Of a DNA stretch of 54,099 nucleotides, positions 28,960 to 36,648 are shown piece by piece (within the stretch, counting starts at the first letter, position 1; each line of letters begins with the position of its first letter). Location of the stretch: IMG/VR virus record IMGVR_UViG_3300025102_000038, positions 1 through 54,099 of that record, one strand, 5' to 3'. This stretch comes from a virus. Taxonomy: Duplodnaviria; Caudoviricetes. The notes under the pieces were generated by a model, which made no database searches, had not been told where the DNA came from, and saw nothing but the letters and a program-made list of their open reading frames with translations. Both the position numbers and the translations under genes were made by a program.

Positions 28960-29260
28960 AACCTAATTTTTTCAGAAATCTTGACCTCAATCGACTGATT
29001 GCCTATGGCAACTGATGTGATAACAGTTGCTTTTAAAAACAAACTCGTTTGTTTTCAAGGCGATGGGCATTCCAAGGTGCATTGCGATGCACAATTTGCG
29101 TTCACCACGCATCGGGATGCACGATTTTACCTGCATCGGGCATCGGGACGCATGGGGAAGGGGGGGTGCGTCAGATATATACATATATAAATACACAGAT
29201 TAGGAAAAATGAGTGTTAACCACTTTGGTACGGATATAGACAGGGGTGTCAAATAATTGG
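28960..29260. other. strand-switch region; candidate genome terminus/packaging or origin site
   Basis: non-coding, GC-rich GCATCGGG repeats and G-run followed by AT-rich tract, between divergent arms. Confidence 0.45.
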
Positions 29261-29262
29261 TA

Positions 29263-29291
29263 TTGACTACTAAAAGCATACATGATATAAT
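29263..29291 (+). promoter_or_regulatory. sigma70-type promoter for the late arm
   Basis: TTGACT-17 nt-TATAAT. Confidence 0.75.
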
Positions 29292-29428
29292 TATATAAAC
29301 TAGGATGACATATTAAGTGTTACATTAAAATGTTTATTCAATATAAATAAATAATCACTTACATGTAACATATTAAATGTATGTCTATATAGGGATTTAT
29401 CCGTACTTTTTTAAATTAATGTTTGACA

Positions 29429-29638
29429 ATGGGAAAAAAATCCGTAAAACTATACACAGATAATGTAATTGAAGAGTTTTATTCTGCTGTGGCTAATAAC
29501 AACTTAAATAAATTACATATACCTCACAGTGATGTTTTCTACGTAAGAGCCGCAGTGGAAGCCCACTATGGCAGATCTTTTACTTTGAAAGAGGTAGAAG
29601 ACGCTATGATAGCTGAAGGTTGGTCAGACCATAAATAG
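29429..29638 (+). CDS. hypothetical protein
   Basis: first ORF of plus arm; HIPHSDVFYVR; start uncertain. Confidence 0.55.
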   Translation: MGKKSVKLYTDNVIEEFYSAVANNNLNKLHIPHSDVFYVRAAVEAHYGRSFTLKEVEDAMIAEGWSDHK

Positions 29639-29648
29639 GAGCAAAACT

Positions 29649-29942
29649 ATGGTAATGAAAAAAGATAAAATGAAGAAAAAAGGCATGGCAGTGGGAGGAC
29701 TCAAAAAACCTGCAACAGGAGCTAAAGGACTAAAGAAGTTGCCTACACCTGTACGTAATAAAATGGGCTACATGAATAAAGGTGGCACAATGAAGAAGAA
29801 GGGTATGGCTCGTGGTGGAGCTATGAAGAAAAAAGGTTACGCAAAAGGTGGAGCAATGAAAAAGTACGGCACTATGTATAAAGCAGGTGGTGCTGTGGCA
29901 GGAAAAAAGTACGGAATGATTGACAAGAAGAAGAAGAAATAG
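29649..29942 (+). CDS. Lys/Met/Gly-rich repeat protein with five xxxGG motifs
   Basis: AGGAG RBS; MKKKG[MY]AxGG repeats. Confidence 0.8.
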   Translation: MVMKKDKMKKKGMAVGGLKKPATGAKGLKKLPTPVRNKMGYMNKGGTMKKKGMARGGAMKKKGYAKGGAMKKYGTMYKAGGAVAGKKYGMIDKKKKK

Positions 29943-29957
29943 TATAATTATGTCACT

Positions 29958-30668
29958 ATGGCATATTTACAAAGTAACATTCCGTATTTCAAAGCTTGGG
30001 TAAGACGAGAGTATACCTGTAACTTTGAAAAATATTATGGCGAGTTTTTACACTGCATGGTTATAGCTGTAACAACTATGCCAAATAGGTCACTCAGCTT
30101 TCAAGTTATATTTACTGGCTGTGAGACTGACGATACTGACGAACCAAATGTGCATGGTGGAGCTATGTGGGCTAGAATGCCTATCACAGCCCTAGTAGGA
30201 GACACTCCTGTAGAAGACTGGGCTGAAGAAATGCCACCCTACATAGCACAACCTTGGGATTGTATGTCCCATGATCATAGTGTGTATGTATTAGACAGAG
30301 CTACACCTGCACCGTGGATAGCAAAAGTGGATGGAGAGTTCTATCCTGCTAAATATTACTTTACTGTGGACTACACAAACAGTGAGATAGCTGATGATCC
30401 TGCACAACATAAGCAGTCACACGTACTAGAACTGATGGATGCAGGTAAATACACAGGAAACATTGTGGCATTACCTAATAATAGAGTCAGAGTGACACAT
30501 CCTGCATGGTTTGAAGCAGGAGAAGGACCACCTGACTTTAGACCCTCCCAAAGAATCTTTCATTCAAAGCAAGAAACGGAATATGTGTGGGATACTGGAA
30601 GAGTATTCAATAACTTATATGCAAAGGAAAAGAAAAATGGCAGCAACACCAAGAAAAAAAGTAAATAA
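29958..30668 (+). CDS. conserved phage protein of unknown function
   Basis: globular 236-aa ORF with PWDC, YYFTVD, HKQSH, LPNNR motifs. Confidence 0.75.
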   Translation: MAYLQSNIPYFKAWVRREYTCNFEKYYGEFLHCMVIAVTTMPNRSLSFQVIFTGCETDDTDEPNVHGGAMWARMPITALVGDTPVEDWAEEMPPYIAQPWDCMSHDHSVYVLDRATPAPWIAKVDGEFYPAKYYFTVDYTNSEIADDPAQHKQSHVLELMDAGKYTGNIVALPNNRVRVTHPAWFEAGEGPPDFRPSQRIFHSKQETEYVWDTGRVFNNLYAKEKKNGSNTKKKSK

Positions 30669-30918
30669 AGTTATAAAAGGATTAAAAAAAGCTACAAAGT
30701 TACACTCGCAACAAGCTAAGTCTTTATCTACTTTAAAATTAAGTAAAGGTGGTAGCACTGTAAACAAAGCAGGTAACTATACCAAGCCCGGAATGAGAAA
30801 AAGAATGTTCTCAGCCATAAAAGCAGGGTCAAAGGGTGGTAATCCCGGACAGTGGTCTGCAAGAAAGGCACAATTACTAGCAGCACGCTACAAAAAAGGT
30901 GGTGGGGGCTATAAGTAA
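30637..30918 (+). CDS. small basic protein
   Basis: NYTKPGMRKR...GQWSARKAQLLA..YKK.GGGY. Confidence 0.75.
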   Translation: MAATPRKKVNKVIKGLKKATKLHSQQAKSLSTLKLSKGGSTVNKAGNYTKPGMRKRMFSAIKAGSKGGNPGQWSARKAQLLAARYKKGGGGYK

Positions 30919-31217
30919 TGGCTGACCCTAAGGTTGGCACAGGCAAAAAGCCTAAAGGAAGTGGTAGAAGACTCTACACGGATGAGAATCCTAAGGATAC
31001 AGTGAGTATCAAGTTTGCTACGGTAGAAGATGCAAAGAAAACTATTACAAAAGTTAAAAAGATTAACAAACCCTATGCGAGGAAGATACAAATCCTCACC
31101 GTTCTTGAACAACGAGCTAGGTTTGCAGGAAAAACTGAGCAAGCTGCCCTTGCAAAGAAGGCAAAAGAGCAACTAAGGAGACAACATGGCACTAGCAAAA
31201 AGTCAAAGAAGTCTTAA
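30918..31217 (+). CDS. small basic protein
   Basis: LYTDENPKDTV.IKF...EQRA motif. Confidence 0.75.
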   Translation: MADPKVGTGKKPKGSGRRLYTDENPKDTVSIKFATVEDAKKTITKVKKINKPYARKIQILTVLEQRARFAGKTEQAALAKKAKEQLRRQHGTSKKSKKS

Positions 31218-31434
31218 ATCATGGACAAAGCAAAAGTGGAGAACAAAAAGTGGTAAGCCAAGTAAAAAAACTGGAGAGCGTTATTTACCAACAGCTGCAA
31301 TCAAAGCTCTATCACCCCAAGAGTACGCAGCGACAACTAGAGCTAAAAGAAAAGGCAAGGCAGCAGGCAAGCAATTCGTTAAACAGCCTAAAGGTATTGC
31401 TAAGAAAACGAGAAGTTATAGAAAGGTTACATAA
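31186..31434 (+). CDS. small basic protein
   Basis: SLKSWTKQKW...GERYLP...KQFVKQP. Confidence 0.75.
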   Translation: MALAKSQRSLKSWTKQKWRTKSGKPSKKTGERYLPTAAIKALSPQEYAATTRAKRKGKAAGKQFVKQPKGIAKKTRSYRKVT

Positions 31435-31445
31435 CATGGGGTACT

Positions 31446-31733
31446 TTGAGAATGATAGCTGAAGCATGGTTTGCAGTGGCAGTAATGCTAGGAGTACACA
31501 ATAATGGTATGCAGGATATACTTATATTTAAGCAACCAGAACACGGACACTTTCATAGTGTAGAAGAATGTAAGACTTTTGTGCAAGAAAATCCTGCACC
31601 TCTAGTAAAAACAATATGGAAGTTCTATGGGCAAAGACCTGTAGAGAGAGTCATATGTGTAAATGAAGATGTTATTAATCAATTTATAGCACAGCAGAAT
31701 GAGATCCTTTTAGATAGAATACCAATATACTAA
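31446..31733 (+). CDS. hypothetical exported protein
   Basis: hydrophobic N-terminus; F.S.EEC...C. Confidence 0.6.
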   Translation: MRMIAEAWFAVAVMLGVHNNGMQDILIFKQPEHGHFHSVEECKTFVQENPAPLVKTIWKFYGQRPVERVICVNEDVINQFIAQQNEILLDRIPIY

Positions 31734-31870
31734 TGCTTTATGAACCTACCTGTGAGATCTGTGGCAGTCACATTGAAGACGATAGATGTGAAGTGTGTGA
31801 ACATACTGGTGATAATGGTGACTGGGTAAAGGAAGTTATAAAGGAAAAAGATGACTCCACAGACTCTTGA
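31733..31870 (+). CDS. small zinc-ribbon protein (45 aa)
   Basis: CEIC...CEVC; TAATG coupling. Confidence 0.55.
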   Translation: MLYEPTCEICGSHIEDDRCEVCEHTGDNGDWVKEVIKEKDDSTDS

Positions 31871-32078
31871 CAAATGGCGAATACTACCAAGACTAATGAT
31901 GCTTGTAATGACAGGTGTTTATATTCGTTGCATTGAGTGGGCATTGAGTCAGCCTGACTTGACTACGCAACAGGCAGGATTAGTATCCGTGATTACAGGA
32001 GCAATGACAGGAAGCTTTGCTATATGGATGGGAGCAGAGAAGTCAGAACCCAAGAGAATGGAGAGAGAAGAACGATGA
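31851..32078 (+). CDS. two-TM membrane protein (holin-like)
   Basis: WRILPR followed by two hydrophobic helices, in lysis cluster. Confidence 0.6.
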   Translation: MTPQTLDKWRILPRLMMLVMTGVYIRCIEWALSQPDLTTQQAGLVSVITGAMTGSFAIWMGAEKSEPKRMEREER

Positions 32079-32149
32079 GAAAGTATTTAAAAAGATTATG
32101 GTGTGCATTATTAAATAAGAAGTGTCATGACGATTGTGACTGCGTATAA
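32075..32149 (+). CDS. 24-aa Cys-rich peptide
   Basis: MRKYLKRLWCALLNKKCHDDCDCV; ATGA and TAATG coupling on both sides. Confidence 0.5.
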   Translation: MRKYLKRLWCALLNKKCHDDCDCV

Positions 32150-32508
32150 TGATAGGAACTATACTTAGCTCCGTATCTACTTTAGCGTCATCCTATATAG
32201 AGGGTAAGACAGCCATACAGAAGGCTGAAGCCACTATAAGGATGAAAGAAGCAACAGGTGAGATAGACTGGGACTTAGCTGCTATGAGGGCATCTCAAGG
32301 CTCGTGGAAAGACGAATGGCTGACTTTACTTTTCAGTATTCCTCTAGTACTGAGCTTCTGTGGTGAATGGGGTAGGGCAATAGTGGCAGACGGATTTACT
32401 GCTTTGGCAGGTATGCCACAGTGGTATCAGATAGCGTTAGGAGCTATCGTATCTGCAAGCTTTGCTACACGGTCTGCAGGTAAATTTTTTAATATGAGGA
32501 AAAAATAA
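32149..32508 (+). CDS. holin-like membrane protein
   Basis: SWKDEW + TM, P.WYQ + TM; near endolysin. Confidence 0.65.
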   Translation: MIGTILSSVSTLASSYIEGKTAIQKAEATIRMKEATGEIDWDLAAMRASQGSWKDEWLTLLFSIPLVLSFCGEWGRAIVADGFTALAGMPQWYQIALGAIVSASFATRSAGKFFNMRKK

Positions 32509-32999
32509 TGCCCAGATTAAAAGCTGCAGTTAAGGCTGCAATAACCCGAAAGAAAAATAAAGAAGCTAGAGAAGCCACAGAAAGAAAGAAGCAGGATCAG
32601 AAGCTTGAGACTAGAACAAAGATTAAAGAAGAGGAAACTGTAAGACGAGTTGATCCTGAAAAAGAACTAAAGTTTAGAATAGATGAAGTAGAGAATGAAA
32701 TACTAGATGTGCTAGGTTCAAACAAACGTGGCTCTGTTTCTCCCGAACAATACGGAAGTTACATGGACATGAACGAGGATCAACTTAGAGATCTGGTTAC
32801 TACACTGAAGAGTTTAAGAACTAGGCTACGTGATAAGAACTACAAGAGTGGTGCAGAGATAGGGGGCTTCTTAGAGGAGTTTGGAATTAAACGTGCTGAA
32901 GATGCTATGAAAGCAAAGTTTAATTTTAAGTTTAAGCGTGGGGGAAGTGTCAATGGCTTTCTTGCTCATACTATTAAAAAGAAAAAGGGAACTAGATAA
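32508..32999 (+). CDS. hypothetical protein with C-terminal FKRGG motif
   Basis: coupled ORF, charged helical. Confidence 0.65.
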   Translation: MPRLKAAVKAAITRKKNKEAREATERKKQDQKLETRTKIKEEETVRRVDPEKELKFRIDEVENEILDVLGSNKRGSVSPEQYGSYMDMNEDQLRDLVTTLKSLRTRLRDKNYKSGAEIGGFLEEFGIKRAEDAMKAKFNFKFKRGGSVNGFLAHTIKKKKGTR

Positions 33000-33464
33000 A
33001 TGTATAAGTTATCAGGAAGAAGTTTAAATAAATTAGAAGGTGTGCATCCTACAATGGTAGATACAGTTAAACGTGCCATTGAACTGAGCAAAGTAGACTT
33101 TGGAGTGATTTATGGTGTTCGTTCCCTTGCAGAACAAAAGAAGTTGTATGAAGCAAAAAGATCACAGACCATGAAATCTAAACATCTTGTGCAGGAAGAT
33201 GGATACTCACACGCTGTCGATTTAATGGCTTATGATGGCAGTAATCCAAGTTGGGACATTGTAATGTATGATGATATAGCTGACGCAATGAAAGCTGCAG
33301 CGAAAGAAACTGGAGCTAGAATACGTTGGGGAGCAGCGTGGACAATAGATAATATAGCTGAGTGGGAAAGACCAATGCAAGATGCTATGAACAACTATAT
33401 TGATATAAGACGTAGATCTAATAGGACTCCATTTATTGATGGTCCTCATTTTGAGTTAAACTAA
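33000..33464 (+). CDS. endolysin, M15 family (L-Ala-D-Glu) peptidase
   Basis: G.RS..EQ, S.H......AVD, WG..W, DGPHFEL. Confidence 0.9.
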   Translation: MYKLSGRSLNKLEGVHPTMVDTVKRAIELSKVDFGVIYGVRSLAEQKKLYEAKRSQTMKSKHLVQEDGYSHAVDLMAYDGSNPSWDIVMYDDIADAMKAAAKETGARIRWGAAWTIDNIAEWERPMQDAMNNYIDIRRRSNRTPFIDGPHFELN

Positions 33465-33769
33465 TGGCAGAACGTAAAAAATCTAAAGGCAGAAAAAAAG
33501 ATACCATGAAAGGTATGTCCCAGAAGAGTGGGGACAAGCGATCCACTAAGTCAGGTGCAGGTATGACTGCCAAAGGTGTGGCTAAATATAATAGACGCAC
33601 AGGTGGTAATTTAAAAACAGCAGTAACAGAAAAAGATCCAAAAGGTAAACGAGCAGCAAGAAGAAAATCCTATTGTGCTAGAAGTGCAGGACAAATGAAA
33701 AAATTTCCAAAGGCTGCGGCAAACCCAAATAGTAGATTACGACAAGCTAGAAGACGGTGGAGATGCTGA
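33464..33769 (+). CDS. small basic protein
   Basis: GMTAKGV...RRKSYCARS.GQ...ARRRWRC. Confidence 0.75.
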   Translation: MAERKKSKGRKKDTMKGMSQKSGDKRSTKSGAGMTAKGVAKYNRRTGGNLKTAVTEKDPKGKRAARRKSYCARSAGQMKKFPKAAANPNSRLRQARRRWRC

Positions 33770-33770
33770 C

Positions 33771-34133
33771 ATGAGACAGCTTACAGAGAAACAACAAAAG
33801 TTTTTAGATGTGCTATTCGATGGTGCAAATGGAGATATAGGGGAAGCAATAAAGCTTGCAGGATATGCAAAGGGTGTTAGTCCCTCCCAAGTTACCACTG
33901 GATTAAAAGAAGAGATACTTGAAGCTACTCAGATGTATATGGCACGTAATGCTCCAAAGGCAGCGATGGCTGTTGTAAATGGTTTGTATGACCCAACAGA
34001 GCTAGGTATACGTGATAAGATGTCTGCAGCCAAAGAACTACTAGATAGAAGTGGTTTAATTAAAACTGAAAAAGTTCAGCTAGAAACATCAGGTGGTGTA
34101 ATGCTAATGCCACCTAAGAACAAAGAGGAGTAG
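33771..34133 (+). CDS. terminase small subunit (probable)
   Basis: LTEKQQKFL..A.KLAGY HTH-like start, AAKELLDR, C-terminal LMPPK. Confidence 0.7.
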   Translation: MRQLTEKQQKFLDVLFDGANGDIGEAIKLAGYAKGVSPSQVTTGLKEEILEATQMYMARNAPKAAMAVVNGLYDPTELGIRDKMSAAKELLDRSGLIKTEKVQLETSGGVMLMPPKNKEE

Positions 34134-34137
34134 TTCA

Positions 34138-34806
34138 ATGGTATTTAAATTTTTAAAAGGGGTAAGTAAAAAGGGATCACAAAAGGGAATAAAGAAACTA
34201 TCAGGTGTAGGAGATCAGGCTAGATCAGATATAGCTAGAGGTCTATCAAAGATCAGTAAGTCTGATACGGAAGCTTTGTATAAAGCACAGTCAAAGATTA
34301 GAGGACTAGCAGCTGAAGCTAAGATGCAAGTAAAAGCATTTAGAAAAAAGAATCCAAACAATCCTCACGTTAAAACTATATATAGAATAAAACCAGAGAT
34401 AGAGCAGAGAGATAGAGGTAAAGCTACAATAGCCCCTACGACAACCACCAAGCTTCCAACCAAAACTACAACTAGTAAAACACGTAAGAAGAAGACTACA
34501 ACAACAACAAAAACTGCTATTAAAAAAGATATAGATGATTTAGCTAAAACAGGAACACCTACAAAGACTGTATACAATTTAGGAAAAACTGAAGGTAAAG
34601 TAACAGCAAAGCAAAAAGCAGCAATGAAAAAGTTTGCTGAGTTTAAGCCGACTAGTAGAGTGGGAACAGCAGAATATGACAGAGAGATAAACAAGGCAAG
34701 TGCTGAGTTAGCACGAGCTATGGGAAAGACCTCTGCCGCAGGTAAGAAGTACATACGAAAAAAGAGAAGAACAAGAAGAACAAAGAAAAAGGCAGATGGC
34801 AAATAG
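34138..34806 (+). CDS. Lys/Thr-rich basic protein
   Basis: 222-aa ORF with GAGGAG RBS. Confidence 0.65.
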   Translation: MVFKFLKGVSKKGSQKGIKKLSGVGDQARSDIARGLSKISKSDTEALYKAQSKIRGLAAEAKMQVKAFRKKNPNNPHVKTIYRIKPEIEQRDRGKATIAPTTTTKLPTKTTTSKTRKKKTTTTTKTAIKKDIDDLAKTGTPTKTVYNLGKTEGKVTAKQKAAMKKFAEFKPTSRVGTAEYDREINKASAELARAMGKTSAAGKKYIRKKRRTRRTKKKADGK

Positions 34807-35221
34807 AGAACTAGGGAAATGGAAACTCCCTCAACCACTTGACCTACATGACGAAACAGAGTGGCTACCCATACCGAGAATAGCTAGAACAGTTCCGTTT
34901 GGATATGAGTTAGACTCAGCAGATGATAGTATGCTGTTGCCTATAAAACAAGAACTAGATTTATTACACAAAGCAAAATCTCTAGTTAAACAATACTCCT
35001 ACAGAGAAGTAGCACTATGGTTAACTAAAAATAGTGGCAGACATATATCTCATGTAGGATTAATGAAACGATTAAAGAATGAAAAAAGACGGAAGAACAA
35101 AGCTTTCAGCTTACGCAGATGGGCAGACTATGCCCAAAAAGCGATCCAAAAAGCCGAGCAAATCGAAGAAAGCAGAACAGGTGCAAGAAACGAAAGTAGT
35201 GGAGAGACAGCCCCTACCTGA
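34796..35221 (+). CDS. DNA-binding protein with recombinase-like (PFGY) domain
   Basis: RTVPFGY...SYREVA.WL...GR.ISH.GL. Confidence 0.6.
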   Translation: MANRELGKWKLPQPLDLHDETEWLPIPRIARTVPFGYELDSADDSMLLPIKQELDLLHKAKSLVKQYSYREVALWLTKNSGRHISHVGLMKRLKNEKRRKNKAFSLRRWADYAQKAIQKAEQIEESRTGARNESSGETAPT

Positions 35222-36647
35222 AGTACGTGAAAATTTTGCTGTGCAGGAAACACGTAATGTTGTGTTTAAACCAAACGAAGGACCACAAACAGAGTTCTTG
35301 GCAGCTAATGAAAGAGAAGTTTTATATGGTGGATCTGCAGGTGGCGGCAAGAGTTACGCTATGTTGGCAGATCCTTTGCGTTATATGGGACATCCTGAGT
35401 TCAGTGGCTTGCTCTTGCGTCACACCACTGAGGAACTACGAGAGCTTATATTTAAAAGCCAAGAACTGTACCCGAAAATCTGGAAGGGTATCAAGTGGTC
35501 AGAACGAAAGATGCAGTGGGTTGCTCCGTCAGGGGCAAGACTGTGGATGTCCTACCTTGATAGAGATGACGATGTCCTACGCTATCAAGGACTAGCTTTT
35601 AGTTGGATAGGATTTGACGAACTTACACAGTGGGCTACACCGTTTGCTTGGAACTATATGAGATCACGTTTACGATCTACATCATCTGACCTACCTGTAT
35701 ATATGAGAGCTACAACAAACCCCGGAGGTAGGGGACATCACTGGGTCAAGAAGATGTTCATAGACCCTGCACCATACAACAAGGAATTTAATGCAACAGA
35801 CATCGAAAGTGGAGAAGAACTTAAATATCCTGCAGGACACAGCAGAGCAGGACAGCCACTATTCAAACGTAGGTTTATACCTGCTAGACTTACAGATAAC
35901 CCTTATCTCTCATCTCAAGGAGATTATGAAGCAATGCTTCTATCCCTTCCTGAACAGCAAAGAAGACAACTACTGGAAGGCGATTGGGATATTAAAGAGG
36001 GAGCGGCATTCACCGAGTTTGATCGCAAGTTACATGTGGTTGAGCCTTTCCGTATACCTAGTAATTGGGTTAAGTTTCGGGCATGTGACTATGGGTATGG
36101 AAGTTATTCTGCCGTTGTCTGGTTTGCTGTTGCTCCGTCAGAACAGCTAATAGTATATAGAGAAATGTATGTATCAAAAGTGTTAGCAACAGATCTGGCT
36201 GACATGATATTAGATGTAGAAGCAGAGGATGGTAATATAAAGTATGGAGTGTTAGATAGCTCACTTTGGCACAAACGTGGAGATACAGGACCTAGCCTAG
36301 CAGAACAAATGATACTAAGAGGATGTAGGTTTAGACCATCAGATAGAAGTAGAGGAAGTAGAGTTGCAGGTAAAAATGAAATACATAGAAGATTACAGAC
36401 GGATGAATTTACAGAAGAGCCACGCTTGGTTTTTTTTAGCACATGTACTAACATCATTTCGCAACTTCCTGCTATTCCGATAGACAAGAAGAATCCCGAA
36501 GATGTGGACACACAATCTGAAGATCACTTGTATGACGCATTAAGATATGGTATAATGTCAAGACCTAAGTTCAGTATATTTGACTATGATCCTGCAAGTC
36601 GGCAAACGAACTCAATGCCCATAGCAGACGCAACATTTGGATATTAA
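35079..36647 (+). CDS. terL: terminase large subunit
   Basis: YGGSAGGGKS Walker A, GFDE Walker B, TTNPGG, DYG, DH.YDALRY; start may be 35130. Confidence 0.93.
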   Translation: MKKDGRTKLSAYADGQTMPKKRSKKPSKSKKAEQVQETKVVERQPLPEVRENFAVQETRNVVFKPNEGPQTEFLAANEREVLYGGSAGGGKSYAMLADPLRYMGHPEFSGLLLRHTTEELRELIFKSQELYPKIWKGIKWSERKMQWVAPSGARLWMSYLDRDDDVLRYQGLAFSWIGFDELTQWATPFAWNYMRSRLRSTSSDLPVYMRATTNPGGRGHHWVKKMFIDPAPYNKEFNATDIESGEELKYPAGHSRAGQPLFKRRFIPARLTDNPYLSSQGDYEAMLLSLPEQQRRQLLEGDWDIKEGAAFTEFDRKLHVVEPFRIPSNWVKFRACDYGYGSYSAVVWFAVAPSEQLIVYREMYVSKVLATDLADMILDVEAEDGNIKYGVLDSSLWHKRGDTGPSLAEQMILRGCRFRPSDRSRGSRVAGKNEIHRRLQTDEFTEEPRLVFFSTCTNIISQLPAIPIDKKNPEDVDTQSEDHLYDALRYGIMSRPKFSIFDYDPASRQTNSMPIADATFGY

Positions 36648-36648
36648 T

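Noticed and set aside
28987-29196. ORFs 28987-29196 (-) and 28999-29190 (+)
   Set aside because: No RBS, atypical composition, and they overlie the repeat-rich switch region
29423-29451. Second late promoter starting TTGACA
   Set aside because: The -10 match is weak and it overlaps the probable start of the ORF; not confidently supported
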